Below are positions 1-10,348 of a DNA stretch of 58,463 nt, piece after piece. The notes below the pieces were generated by a model that was given only the letters and a program-made list of their open reading frames with translations, ran no database searches and was not told the DNA's origin. Origin of the DNA: a virus (Duplodnaviria; Caudoviricetes); the IMG/VR virus record IMGVR_UViG_3300021197_001974, positions 1 to 58,463 of that record; one strand, given 5' to 3'. Within the stretch, counting starts at the first letter, position 1. Every line of letters begins with the position of its first letter. The position numbers and the translations under genes were made by a program.

Positions 1-1
1 C

Positions 2-445
2 ATGTCTTGTATATTCTACCTCAAACGAGGGCTCATTGTCAAGCAAATATTTTAAAACTACTTCTTTTGCTTTGGTTCCCTTGGGTATAGTAATACCACA
101 AGATTTACGAGCAGAAGTAGCAGCCAGGTAGTCTGGCTCACGATGAAACACTTGAAAACATATCCATGATATTATACCATTATAGCGGGATAATGTTGAG
201 AGTGTTTTTGCTGATGAGAAGCCCGATCTGAAAGACTGAAGAGATTGTTCAATGTAAATCTCCTCTATCTTATATTTCTTGCCAATATCAATCAGGCGAT
301 CCTCAACCCACGTTGCTTTTGAGATAAGTGTGGGAAAGTGGTTCTTGTTTCTTGTGTCCCAAGCAACAGTATAGACGACCTTGCCGTCTTTGTCAACAAC
401 CGTCGCACCAGTGATGCTGGTGCTGACGTCTAATCCTAAAATCAT
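2..445 (-). CDS. RuvC-like Holliday junction resolvase (3' end runs off window; missing from ORF track)
   Basis: Manual translation from ATG at 445: MILGLDVSTSITGATVVDKDGKVV...IEEIYIEQSLQSFRSGFSSAKTLSTLSRYNG...ARKSCGITIPKGTKAKEVV. RNase H-fold ILGLD and IYIE acidic motifs. TAATG overlap with the upstream gene. Confidence 0.85.
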   Translation of the reverse strand, partial: MILGLDVSTSITGATVVDKDGKVVYTVAWDTRNKNHFPTLISKATWVEDRLIDIGKKYKIEEIYIEQSLQSFRSGFSSAKTLSTLSRYNGIISWICFQVFHREPDYLAATSARKSCGITIPKGTKAKEVVLKYLLDNEPSFEVEYTRH

Positions 446-1647
446 TAAAAATCCAATTTAAGCTTGAAAGTAAGATCCCTATCCTCTGTCTTCTTGACAG
501 GAGTTGCCACCTTCGCGACTGCAATGAGATTCTTATCTTTGTCGAATATCCCCACCTTTGAGATAAAAGTCTGAGGTTTATACGATGCAGTTGTCTCTGC
601 ATATGAAGATTTTATCGTATTTTTAATGGTTTGTTTATCACTTTCTATATATGCAACAGAACTTGAGTGAAATACGAAAGCCGCACTTGTACTTTGATCA
701 ATATATGTTGGGTTATTAGAATAGTTAAGCTCAGCCCTTGGTGCATGCGCAAACATTGTTATTGTTGGTATAAAATTGGTTCCTTTAAATTCCATGCTAT
801 AACTGGCTGATAGTCTTGAATTTGCCACATCTGATTCGGCAGGTATACCATCATTTGCCCCGACAGCATAATACAACCAAGAAGCAGCTGTTGCGCTATC
901 TGCATTGGTAAAATCCAAAGAGGACCCTGGTGAGATTCCCAAGGTCCAGCTTCCCGTTAAGAGCACAAACCCCTCGTTGTACAACACAACACCAGCAACG
1001 CTGCCTGTCCCAGTTCTGCCGTATGGCTCGGTTTGAATTAACTCACCATTTAAATTTTCGTCCCTAAGCCTCCCTATCAAAGTTCCAGATAGATAGAACC
1101 TCAAGTCAACAGATCCTTTTTTTATAGACGAGCCATAAAATATGGAAGGCACGCTAATTAAGTTTACTGCCTTTTGGCTATACTGTCCAAGGGATGAACT
1201 ATAGGCATAATATCGGCTAAGAGTCTGATAATAATCTAGCGTGTTTTGCAGGGCTCCTATCCTGTTTGCCGTGTTGTCGCGTGTTGTGCTAGCTGTAAAA
1301 AATTCCCTTACAATACTAGCGGATAGCGGATAGGTGCTGGTTATAGTGTCACCTGGTTCCGTGGCAAAAAAGGTACCCGTAGTTATCGTCCTAAAAGCCG
1401 TGAGATTGCCAGCCCTAGTGACGAATGGGTATATGAGCCCCGTGAATTCGCTAGATCTGTCAACGTTTAGCTCATATAGGCTTACGTGCCCAGTTGGGAC
1501 ATTTGGAACATTATCGACGTATGTTCCACTGATTTGTGATTGATTGTCAAGATATATCTTTGAATCAAAAATAAGAAACTGCTTCTTGGGATGCGTTTTT
1601 ATTTGATTGTGAAATATATCAGTCTCTTTGAATTTGTAATAAGACAT
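445..1647 (-). CDS. Virion structural protein (baseplate/tail-collar-like), paralogue of 1669..2757
   Basis: 400 aa, S/T/G-rich. C-terminal NYSNNPTY...ISKVGIFDKDKNLIAVAKVATPVKK...KLKLDF motif shared with the neighbour. Located in the structural module. Confidence 0.65.
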   Translation of the reverse strand: MSYYKFKETDIFHNQIKTHPKKQFLIFDSKIYLDNQSQISGTYVDNVPNVPTGHVSLYELNVDRSSEFTGLIYPFVTRAGNLTAFRTITTGTFFATEPGDTITSTYPLSASIVREFFTASTTRDNTANRIGALQNTLDYYQTLSRYYAYSSSLGQYSQKAVNLISVPSIFYGSSIKKGSVDLRFYLSGTLIGRLRDENLNGELIQTEPYGRTGTGSVAGVVLYNEGFVLLTGSWTLGISPGSSLDFTNADSATAASWLYYAVGANDGIPAESDVANSRLSASYSMEFKGTNFIPTITMFAHAPRAELNYSNNPTYIDQSTSAAFVFHSSSVAYIESDKQTIKNTIKSSYAETTASYKPQTFISKVGIFDKDKNLIAVAKVATPVKKTEDRDLTFKLKLDF

Positions 1648-1655
1648 AACATAGA

Positions 1656-1663
1656 TAACTAGT
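1656..1663 (-). promoter_or_regulatory. Candidate late-promoter motif ACTAGTTA
   Basis: Variant of the ACTA(A/T/G)TTA motif in the 21-nt gap upstream of 445..1647. Confidence 0.45.
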
Positions 1664-1668
1664 TTATT

Positions 1669-2757
1669 TTAGTAATCTAGTCGCACTCTAACGTTTAATT
1701 CAATAGAAGGGTCTTTCTTAAGTGGCTCAGAGAGCTTAGCCGTGGCTAATAGCTCATTATCTGGGCTGTATAATCCAACTGTGGAGATGTAGGAAACTGG
1801 TGCGTCCTTGGCTCCCTCTTTCACTCTTATCTTGCTAGCAGTAAGATAAGTGGGATTTGATGAATAGTTGAAGTCATTGTTGTTAGCGCGACAGAAATAA
1901 ACAGTTGAGTTAAGCTCCGTTGTGTTGTTGAAAGACATATTATAAATTCTATGCCTAAAGTCGTTACATGATCCGGAAATTTCTGAACCGCTCAGCACCG
2001 CATCAACAGTTTCACCGAGTCTGTTAAATTGCAGCGGTGCAGATTGAGATAATAGACCTGCAAATACTGAGCCAGTGATGACTGCTATACCAGCCTGATA
2101 GTATAGCAACCCTGCCTTAATCGCAGTGGATGTTCCCGGGGTGTTTTTCAGCTCATCTCCGAGGGCGTTAGTAGCATACAGAATAGCATATTCTCCAGCC
2201 GGGGAGTTAACCTTAAAGCTAGTGGCTGCGTTGGTGTCTGCTAAGGTTACCCTATCATCGGTAAACGGCTTGGCGTATGACCCACTGACTCCCACCTCCA
2301 AAGAGAAGGTACCCTTCTTAACCTCGTCCTTAGTGAGCAATCTAGAGAAGTTCAAGAAAACACACTCTCTTAACTTTGTCCCGCCGGCAGAAAGATCTCC
2401 GTCTTCATCAAACTCTTGGATTGAGCCAGTATGGTCAAAACCCATTAGCACCTGCGCCATTTGGTTATAAATGTTAATCTTCTTTGACTGTTGTGTGACA
2501 GCAGAGGTTCCAGATAGTGGAGAATTTGAAGAATACCCAACCGTTAAATCAAAAATGTGATTTGCCGAGGAGCTTAAATATGGATAATCATATACACTCT
2601 GGAACATTCCATGGGAATAATCTTTGACGTTAACTGCGTCATTTGCCTCAGAATAGGTTCCAGAAACAATTGACCCAGTGATTGGAATTGCCTCATGTAG
2701 AAGGGAGCGCGTTGTGACAACGTCTCCAGAGCCTAGTGTTTTAAATGTAGTAGCCAT
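1669..2757 (-). CDS. Virion structural protein (baseplate/tail-collar-like), paralogue of 445..1647
   Basis: 362 aa. C-terminal NYSSNPTY...ISTVGLYSPDNELLATAKLSEPLKK...RVRLDY. Confidence 0.65.
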   Translation of the reverse strand: MATTFKTLGSGDVVTTRSLLHEAIPITGSIVSGTYSEANDAVNVKDYSHGMFQSVYDYPYLSSSANHIFDLTVGYSSNSPLSGTSAVTQQSKKINIYNQMAQVLMGFDHTGSIQEFDEDGDLSAGGTKLRECVFLNFSRLLTKDEVKKGTFSLEVGVSGSYAKPFTDDRVTLADTNAATSFKVNSPAGEYAILYATNALGDELKNTPGTSTAIKAGLLYYQAGIAVITGSVFAGLLSQSAPLQFNRLGETVDAVLSGSEISGSCNDFRHRIYNMSFNNTTELNSTVYFCRANNNDFNYSSNPTYLTASKIRVKEGAKDAPVSYISTVGLYSPDNELLATAKLSEPLKKDPSIELNVRVRLDY

Positions 2758-2769
2758 CTTTTATCCTTT

Positions 2770-3723
2770 TTATGCTGGTGACTTAATAAATCTGATTGGG
2801 ATATCTATTCTGTACCCAGTCGTTACGCCGGTAACCCGAACGGTGGAATCAATGAATTTAACATTCGTGATATCTGAGCCAGAGGCACCGGGAAGTGTAG
2901 TGGTGCTGCCAAGTCTTGTAAACAAATATGTGCTAGTTGCCAATTCAACAGACGCAGCGACCTTAAATACAAGTCTGGTTCCTCGGGGTCCACTAATTGG
3001 GGATCTAAGGTCTGTGTCAGTTCTATAAGAATTTACAAAGAAGTTATCGTCTGATCTCGCTGTAAGATAGTAGGTTGCAATGCTGTCGTCGTCAATGAAA
3101 GATATTGTAGCAGGAGTTCCGGAGGAATCCACTATGCTACCAAAACGATTATCTATTTCAACCATATAAGAGGTTTCAACCAAATCAGCGTCTAGGGGAT
3201 TCCTATTGGAAATCTCTGAAGTGTTTAGCCCTTGGTCCACTGTAATTGGGGACGGATCGTTCTCAAAAGCGCCTGCACCATGAAAAATACCAGGAATATC
3301 GTTAGTCATCTTGATTGCGTTGGTATTCGCCGGGTCTTGTGTGTTTTGGTCCACGGTCACCAAGTATGAGCCGGAATAAAAATCCTCTCGGTCTTGGTTT
3401 CCCTGAGCTAACAGTAAGACTGGCAAAAACAAAACATTTGTCCTGGGTACAGAGATAAGCTTTGATTTTAAGAAAGAAGCATTATTAGTAAACGCTTCCA
3501 AAATAGGGGTTTGCAAGATCTCTAGATCATAATACGCACTACCACTTGGATGTGCGCCCAGAGAGCTGTTGGTGTTGCGATAAAGGCTGTAGTCAATCTC
3601 ATCGTCACCAAAGGCAAACTTGGTAATTCTAAAACTACCGTCACCCCTTGATAGTCTCTCTCTACCTAAGTCTGTCAATACTGCATCGAGGATGATATCC
3701 CCCGAGTTGTCCAAAAACGCCAT
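2770..3723 (-). CDS. Virion structural protein with tail-collar-like N-terminus, paralogue of 10349..11395
   Basis: 317 aa. N-terminal DAVLTDLGRERLSRGDGSFRITKFAFGDDEIDY. SD (GAGG) upstream. Confidence 0.65.
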   Translation of the reverse strand: MAFLDNSGDIILDAVLTDLGRERLSRGDGSFRITKFAFGDDEIDYSLYRNTNSSLGAHPSGSAYYDLEILQTPILEAFTNNASFLKSKLISVPRTNVLFLPVLLLAQGNQDREDFYSGSYLVTVDQNTQDPANTNAIKMTNDIPGIFHGAGAFENDPSPITVDQGLNTSEISNRNPLDADLVETSYMVEIDNRFGSIVDSSGTPATISFIDDDSIATYYLTARSDDNFFVNSYRTDTDLRSPISGPRGTRLVFKVAASVELATSTYLFTRLGSTTTLPGASGSDITNVKFIDSTVRVTGVTTGYRIDIPIRFIKSPA

Positions 3724-3744
3724 ATTAATACCTCGTTGTAAATA

Positions 3745-3752
3745 TAATTAGT
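3745..3752 (-). promoter_or_regulatory. Candidate late-promoter motif ACTAATTA
   Basis: In the AT-rich intergenic region upstream of 2770..3723, about 20 nt before the ATG and ahead of a GAGG SD. Confidence 0.55.
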
Positions 3753-3782
3753 GATTTTTCAATCATTTTTCCCATTTTATTT

Positions 3783-3790
3783 TAAATAGT
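3783..3790 (-). promoter_or_regulatory. Candidate late-promoter motif ACTATTTA
   Basis: Second copy in the same 87-nt intergenic gap. Confidence 0.5.
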
Positions 3791-3810
3791 GTTTTATTAA
3801 AAATACAATA

Positions 3811-6800
3811 CTAGCTGCCTGTAGTCAAAATACCACTATTGATTCCAAACACCGCTGACGCAGGGACAAACCTGCCCCCTGAGCCTGGTACGCCCATTGT
3901 GGCGGTTATACCCGGTGATGCCACTGATATATTCGGCAAGGTCACAGGTCTCGTGTTATCGTATTCTTTTGTAAAAGAGATGTTTAGGTCAATCTTCTTG
4001 CCCGTCTTTTTAGATGTCAACCTGATTTTATATTTCTTACCCCATACACTGATGTCGCGATATCCAAGCGGTAGGTCCTCACTGTCTGGCGCGGTCGCCA
4101 ATTCTCCGCCATTAGCCTCCTCAAGCGCTTGAGTGTTTAGCGTCCTCTGCATGATCGCTGGAGTTATTTTTAAGAACCTGTTTACACCTTTTGTTCTCGT
4201 TTTTTGTTCAGCAGGTGTTGCAAACTCAACCACTCTGACAATTGGGTAAATAGCGCCGTCATTGTCCACCATCTCCACCTCGTATATGGGACTGGGCATG
4301 GAAAGGTGTCCGTGAATGTCTATGGCTCGGAACATGTAGTAATACTTTTTATTTTCTACTATTCGGTCTCTTACCCCGGCAGAAGACACATTCCTGAATC
4401 CAGTTACGGCTGTGTCGGTACGCACTGTTCTGATTAGGTTACCTGCAAACTCCCTATAAGACCTCGGGCGGCGCTCCATTCTATATATCTCAAAAGAAAC
4501 GGATGGATCGTCGGTCTCGTATAACACCCTTTGATCATTTGGATCTACGATCATTTGCCTAAGCCTCTCAACATACTCGTCCTCCTCTCGGGAGAACGTA
4601 ATTGGCACATAGCGATGTGAGCCTAGTCCAGTGTTTAGGCTTAGCAAAACCCTATTGGCTTCTCCACGATATGGTATAATCTCTACCTCTGGGGGCATCG
4701 GAGGATCATCAAGCATCGTTCCCCTTAGCACATTCATCCCACTGGTGAAAGAAGAGACATACGGGAGTTCTATAAGTTGAACTGACGGAGTTAACTGCAG
4801 CTCCACTCGTGCAAACAATGGTGGCGGGTTCCCCACAACTGTCATAGCTGGAGCCACCAACTCAACAGGTGTTGTCGGGGTTGCCGGCGCTGTAGCGCCG
4901 AAAGGATTTTCTGGTGTCTCTTCAGAGACAAGTGCTGGCACAGTTACATCAAGCGGCTCAAATCTACCAATTATGTCAAACCCAGGACCGGCGGTTCGCG
5001 GTATATAATCCTCCGGATTAAAATAAAACGTCTTCATAATTCTGGTTTTTGAACCAACTACCAAACGATACGTTAATATTTCATATTCATAAGATTGATT
5101 ATATTTTAATTGAGTGTCTATAACATTGACTATAGATCTCGTTGACACATCGTTTGGCAAGTAAAATGTCTGTATTGGTGTGGATGCCTTGACCCCCGAG
5201 CTGTTAACTTTATACTTGTTTATTTTGAAAAATACATCCTCTGAGTAAGCGCGGAAACCTTGAAGTATCTGCTCGTATGTCCTAGCATGTGTAGCTACCA
5301 ATCTCTCAATAATATCTCTGACCTGGTCTGACGCATAAGAAGCTAGCGCCAAGTCTTCAAGAATAGTGTCGTATTGCGCTGAAGGGTCTGCTCTATAATT
5401 TCTTAAGAACAAGAATTTATCTTGAGCATCGCCGTAAAGCGCGGTTGAACCAGCGGTCTCTCTTCTAGCCCACTCACCCACATTATATACTTTTCTCGTG
5501 GCGCCGCCGCCAATAGTCTTCAATGGTCTTTGCCCCGACAGTGTCGCCGCCATCGCGGACATATCGACTTGCTGGTGGTTTTCTCCGAACTCAGCCATTA
5601 CCCCGTAGGCGGTCTCAGACATTGACCCATCATCAATACGCAGGAAATCAACACACACATCTCTCATTAGGTTGTTCGCTAAAGAGCCAAGAGAAGCTAG
5701 GCGACTGAGCATTGTTGACATAAAATAATTTGGATTAGTTTGGGAGTAGCTAATCTCCGTGAACATGGGGAACAGCTCTTTAAATATATTATAATCTGTG
5801 TGCATCAAGTTCGCTGTTTCAGAAGGTATAATTATATTTCTATATTTTTCCTCTAATATCTCCAAGCCCTCTATTAGAGGATTACCTCCAACAACTGCAC
5901 TTAGGGCATTTGGATAATTTTCTGACCAAATGTCAAAATATTCACCCCTGTCTCTTTCGCCCGCCTTTTGCTGATCGGTCAAATCTGAACTTCCTACACC
6001 GCCGAGCCTGAACGTATTCAAAAAGACTCTTGGAGACTTTTCATAACGATTAAGGGTTATAAAGTCATTGTATATCCAATTTTGATTATAAGCCTCTTGG
6101 TTAATCCTGGGAGAGTTATAGGATACGTCTATCTCATTTCCTAAGAAGTTTGTTATTGTACTCTCTCTATCTGCCTGGGGTCCCAAACCCCTTTCGCTCT
6201 CCAGAAAAAACGTGTACATGTTTGGAACTATAGTTTCCGGAATAATTCCCAATGAAGTTAATCTTTCATAAGCCTCGGTATAAAAATTATAATCATACTT
6301 AACTTCCGAAATCAACTGCCCAGTTGGGTTGTTACCATTAAACGCCAAGAAGCTTTCACGAGGGCTAAATGCCTCCTGGTACTCTAGAGCATGATCAAAA
6401 TATTCTTTTTCGTAATTTCCATAGCCAGCGCTATTTAAGTGCTCAACTAATTCGTCTGTGGTCGCAAAACGACTTTGCTTATACATAATGTCTAACTGAT
6501 AATATCGACAACCATATGGGGGCACTGATTCTTCTATAAACTCATTATTTACGGTAATTTGATTTATAACCGATACTTCATTGCGGGCGGCACTAAAACC
6601 TTCGCGACCGAACTCTCTTAGCCATGCCAAGTGGGGCGGGGTATCAGGCACATCTCTGGTGTACACCCAGCCGGCGGCATAATCATTTCTAATCGGGTCT
6701 CCATTCGGCATGCCCTCGGGAACATTTATGATGTTCTGACGATCCACCACAAACCCGTCTTTTCCTGTTGGGTTACTGGGTAGTGACTCAAAGACAGCTT

Positions 6801-6897
6801 GAGCAATGGGAGTCCCCACACCAATGGGGGTGGATTCTCTAACATCGCCAGCGCCGCCGGCTGTGCCGTCGCGAGGAGGAAGACTAGACCCAGCCAT
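3811..6897 (-). CDS. Large hypothetical virion-associated protein with C-terminal fibronectin-III-like domain(s)
   Basis: 1028 aa. PPMPP...SFEIYR...KKYYYMFRAIDIHGHLSMPS and DTQLKYNQSYEYEI resemble FN3 strand F/G signatures. P/T/A-rich linker. Confidence 0.55.
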   Translation of the reverse strand: MAGSSLPPRDGTAGGAGDVRESTPIGVGTPIAQAVFESLPSNPTGKDGFVVDRQNIINVPEGMPNGDPIRNDYAAGWVYTRDVPDTPPHLAWLREFGREGFSAARNEVSVINQITVNNEFIEESVPPYGCRYYQLDIMYKQSRFATTDELVEHLNSAGYGNYEKEYFDHALEYQEAFSPRESFLAFNGNNPTGQLISEVKYDYNFYTEAYERLTSLGIIPETIVPNMYTFFLESERGLGPQADRESTITNFLGNEIDVSYNSPRINQEAYNQNWIYNDFITLNRYEKSPRVFLNTFRLGGVGSSDLTDQQKAGERDRGEYFDIWSENYPNALSAVVGGNPLIEGLEILEEKYRNIIIPSETANLMHTDYNIFKELFPMFTEISYSQTNPNYFMSTMLSRLASLGSLANNLMRDVCVDFLRIDDGSMSETAYGVMAEFGENHQQVDMSAMAATLSGQRPLKTIGGGATRKVYNVGEWARRETAGSTALYGDAQDKFLFLRNYRADPSAQYDTILEDLALASYASDQVRDIIERLVATHARTYEQILQGFRAYSEDVFFKINKYKVNSSGVKASTPIQTFYLPNDVSTRSIVNVIDTQLKYNQSYEYEILTYRLVVGSKTRIMKTFYFNPEDYIPRTAGPGFDIIGRFEPLDVTVPALVSEETPENPFGATAPATPTTPVELVAPAMTVVGNPPPLFARVELQLTPSVQLIELPYVSSFTSGMNVLRGTMLDDPPMPPEVEIIPYRGEANRVLLSLNTGLGSHRYVPITFSREEDEYVERLRQMIVDPNDQRVLYETDDPSVSFEIYRMERRPRSYREFAGNLIRTVRTDTAVTGFRNVSSAGVRDRIVENKKYYYMFRAIDIHGHLSMPSPIYEVEMVDNDGAIYPIVRVVEFATPAEQKTRTKGVNRFLKITPAIMQRTLNTQALEEANGGELATAPDSEDLPLGYRDISVWGKKYKIRLTSKKTGKKIDLNISFTKEYDNTRPVTLPNISVASPGITATMGVPGSGGRFVPASAVFGINSGILTTGS

Positions 6898-9800
6898 TAG
6901 TAGCCTCCCCTTGAGCCACCAGTCGCGGTGGTACCAGGACTACGAGCGGGGGCTGTGGCGGCTCCCAACCGAGAGACCCTTGTGACATCTTTGGCACCTG
7001 GAGGACGTGGTCCCTTGTACATCTTCACCCCTAAGCCACTAATTTCATCAAATGCATCCGAGGGTGGTATTGGGTCTTGTGTCATTGTGTATTGTATCTG
7101 TTCTATGTACATACTGTCTTGTGAGATGACTTGAGATAGGTTTGAGACCTCAACACTTTCAGTGCCCTTCGCTAACGTTTTCAAATTTGTGCTATTATTT
7201 TTTGAAGCAACTGTATTTTTTGCTGATAGGTTATTTCCCATAGTGGGGACATCTTGGCTTTCATCAAAAATTATAAAATATTCATTATTAACCGGAATTG
7301 AATCAAATAGTAAATATTCTCCTAGATTTAAATTTGGGTCATTATTTTTCCTAATTCTGCAAACTAGCGACCCCGCTGTCCGGTCAAGTGCATTAAATGT
7401 AAGTGCTTTCCAAACTGGAGATTTAAGAAAGTCTTCTCTAAATGCGCTCAAATATTCAACCCTTCTTTGCATTCCAAAGTTAAAAATAAATCCATCTGTT
7501 TTAGTATCGTCATTTGTGGTCGCCTTTGCCGCAGCATCATTATACAACCTTTCTTTTCGTAAAGTTAAGAGTTTTTGTTGTTGTGGCATATTTTTTAATG
7601 TATTTGTAATATCTTGTGACGCCTTTTGTGATGGAATAATCCTCTTGCTTATAAAATTATTATCATTTTTCAGGTCAAAAGAGATATCTTGGTCCCCCTT
7701 AATATCAGATATTTTTTGCAAATTGTCAGAGGTATTTATGGTCCTCATAATTTTGGACACCACTACGGCTGTACTCTTGGCTGTTGGCTGTGTCTGCTTT
7801 ACCGTCCGATCCTCAATCGTAGTTCTTTTGTTGGCGAAGGCATTATCTTTGCCCAATATTTTTTGTGAAGATATAGTATTTGTAGCCTTTGGCATACTGC
7901 CTTTTGTCACAGGGGGCTCAAAACCCACTAATTGAGCAGACTTTTGCTGCACCTCTGTAATGTTCTTTATCCTATTTTCAGAGGTGCCCTTACCAGTCTG
8001 ATTTAAGATGCCGAGAGTCTTCTCATCTGGAACTGTCTTTAGTTTGCCGCCTTCGTTCAAAGCTAGCGTGTTTTGAATTACAGAGTTGGTCGCGACGTAA
8101 TCTAGCGAGTCGACTTTCTGAGAGAGCAGATCTGTTCGTTTCCCAGCGATGGACAGTTTGCTTGGACCCAAATCAGCGCCTATTGTAGATTTGTCCAAAA
8201 GTGCCTTGGCATTGTCGCTAGACAAAAACTCAAACTCTTTGACTAACTCTTCTTCTGTAAATAAGTTCTTTCTGTATCTATCCAACTCTTGGTTAACTCT
8301 GTCCCTATATTGAGATTTGGTAACCCTCGTAAGACCAACGGTATTGTCTACAATTCCCAAATAATCAAAGCCAGTGTCCCTTACTATATTTGAATCAAAT
8401 AGTTGCTTAAAAGATGTGTTAATATTCAAAAATAATGATTTATGATTTTGAGAAATGCTACTTTTGTCTTTCGTGTGCGCGAAGCTGGATTCCGAGTTTG
8501 TTCCTCCTAGTTTTTCACTCAGTTCCTCCATCATGGAGATAAACATTTGGATGTCGTCCAGTCTCCCGGTGATGGGCGATAGAACAGAGTAAGATTGCAA
8601 AACTAGCTTACTCTTCTCTGCCGAATCAAGATCAGTGGCAAAACTAAGCGTTTCAGCATATTTCACTATTGAATATAGCCATGGCTGAACGTTTGAAGGT
8701 CCCGTCATCTCTCTTATTTCTTCCAAGATATTTGTTCGGCTAGTTAGGTTTAAAATTGGGTAGGTCTTGTTATCATATTGTTGGCGAACAAATGATCTTC
8801 TAAATTTTTGAGTAACACTATTATAGTTTACTTCCTTAGATGCCTCTACTTGATAATCCTTTAGTAAGGATATGGCTGCCTGTAATTCAGAAAGCTTGTC
8901 TCTAATAAACTCTTTTGCGCCATCTTTTATCTGTATCCTAGCCGAATATTGATAGTTTCCATCGGTAATAGAAGCCATGTTCGCGTCTTCACCCGTAAAT
9001 ATTCTAAAGCTAGACAAGTTCTGTATGTCCATCTCTTCCACGGAGCCAAATAGTTCATATCCATCGGGCGGCAGGTCGTCCCCCTTAACTTCTACAGTCT
9101 TATTGTAAAATTCTCCAGGCAATTTAAATTTCTTTACTTTTTCAAGACTTCCCCCTTTATCTGCCGAGGAGGCAACAATATCTGGTAGTTTTGAATTGTT
9201 ATCGGTTTTTGCCAGATTTTCAACGCCATCTAAACGATTAGAGCCCTTAAACACGGTAACCTTGTCTCTGATGACTGATATATCCACGATTGGGCATGCC
9301 GACAGCAACGCGCGCCTCGTTTCAGAGTTAGACTTTTGAAACAAGCCTGCATATTTAGAGTTGCTTGTCATATATCCCAAATGGTCAAATCCAAAAGCAA
9401 AGACGACGGACCCACCATCCTTCCTAGTGATATAAAGATCTGTGAACAAAGAAGAGGGGATTGTTGTGCTATTAAATATATTGACCTCTTTGCTCCTAGC
9501 TACGTCAAAAATTGTAGTGTCTTGAATCTTTCTATTTATTAATATATTTTTCTGAAGCGCTCGGTGTGAAGCATCGGTATGAAATGCTCCCTCCATATAG
9601 CCCGTTGGTTCATGGAGGTGCACTGGACCAGACCACATCTGCCCATCGGAGGTTGAGAAGAAATAGCTTCTATCAACAAGCTCAAAGTTATCCATGACCC
9701 TTTCAACGCTAACTGGGCTATGGGGCTTGGCGGGACCTTGATAATATTCTATATCTATCTCACATACCGCAAAATATGTTAGATGACCAGTTGATCGTGG

Positions 9801-10343
9801 AATTGAAAAATTTAAAATTTGTTGAAAATTGTCTACTTGGTTTCCGGAAGTGGTATTCTTAACCACCACTGTCTTTCTCTTATCATCAGGCAATTTATCA
9901 AGCGTATACTCTTGTATTTGATAATCTACAAAATCATTATATTTATCAAGAAATTTTCTCAATGGTCTATCAAAATAATCATTAAAAACAAGCTCTTCCG
10001 TTAAATTCCGGTTGGTTGATTGAATGACCCTTAAGGTAATCTTTTCTCGCGCGAGACGATTATCAATCCAGGTAAATCCATAATTATTTCTCTCCGAAAT
10101 GGCGGGGATTAGCACCTCAACCTCTGCAGAAAGAGCCTCTGAGCTAGATGCTGTATCCAGCCTCTTTACTTGCGGCTGATACTTGGTAGTACCGTCAAGG
10201 CGTTTTGTTTTTACAATCTGCGCTGAATTTCCTCTAGAGGTGTCGGTCTTAGAGGAAATCATTGCGGCACGAGACAGTCTAACCTTGCCTACGTAAGCAC
10301 TAGGAGCGGCGGAACTTCTTAAACCCTTTTCATCAACTTTCAT
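6897..10343 (-). CDS. Large hypothetical virion-associated protein
   Basis: About 1150 aa open frame in the structural module. Start likely ATG 10343 or GTG 10346 after a GAGGAG SD (track gives 10355). His-rich motif near residue 240. G/T/A-rich C-terminal tail ending GGY. Confidence 0.6.
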   Translation of the reverse strand: MKVDEKGLRSSAAPSAYVGKVRLSRAAMISSKTDTSRGNSAQIVKTKRLDGTTKYQPQVKRLDTASSSEALSAEVEVLIPAISERNNYGFTWIDNRLAREKITLRVIQSTNRNLTEELVFNDYFDRPLRKFLDKYNDFVDYQIQEYTLDKLPDDKRKTVVVKNTTSGNQVDNFQQILNFSIPRSTGHLTYFAVCEIDIEYYQGPAKPHSPVSVERVMDNFELVDRSYFFSTSDGQMWSGPVHLHEPTGYMEGAFHTDASHRALQKNILINRKIQDTTIFDVARSKEVNIFNSTTIPSSLFTDLYITRKDGGSVVFAFGFDHLGYMTSNSKYAGLFQKSNSETRRALLSACPIVDISVIRDKVTVFKGSNRLDGVENLAKTDNNSKLPDIVASSADKGGSLEKVKKFKLPGEFYNKTVEVKGDDLPPDGYELFGSVEEMDIQNLSSFRIFTGEDANMASITDGNYQYSARIQIKDGAKEFIRDKLSELQAAISLLKDYQVEASKEVNYNSVTQKFRRSFVRQQYDNKTYPILNLTSRTNILEEIREMTGPSNVQPWLYSIVKYAETLSFATDLDSAEKSKLVLQSYSVLSPITGRLDDIQMFISMMEELSEKLGGTNSESSFAHTKDKSSISQNHKSLFLNINTSFKQLFDSNIVRDTGFDYLGIVDNTVGLTRVTKSQYRDRVNQELDRYRKNLFTEEELVKEFEFLSSDNAKALLDKSTIGADLGPSKLSIAGKRTDLLSQKVDSLDYVATNSVIQNTLALNEGGKLKTVPDEKTLGILNQTGKGTSENRIKNITEVQQKSAQLVGFEPPVTKGSMPKATNTISSQKILGKDNAFANKRTTIEDRTVKQTQPTAKSTAVVVSKIMRTINTSDNLQKISDIKGDQDISFDLKNDNNFISKRIIPSQKASQDITNTLKNMPQQQKLLTLRKERLYNDAAAKATTNDDTKTDGFIFNFGMQRRVEYLSAFREDFLKSPVWKALTFNALDRTAGSLVCRIRKNNDPNLNLGEYLLFDSIPVNNEYFIIFDESQDVPTMGNNLSAKNTVASKNNSTNLKTLAKGTESVEVSNLSQVISQDSMYIEQIQYTMTQDPIPPSDAFDEISGLGVKMYKGPRPPGAKDVTRVSRLGAATAPARSPGTTATGGSRGGY

Positions 10344-10348
10344 CACAA

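Noticed and set aside
393-602. 69-aa minus-strand ORF in the track
   Set aside because: Out-of-frame overlap of the 400-aa gene and the RuvC-like gene, which account for the region.
7162-7935. 257-aa plus-strand ORF
   Set aside because: Entirely antisense to the ~1150-aa gene. Its F/L/I/S-rich composition is the mirror of K/N/D/E codons, and it has no motifs.
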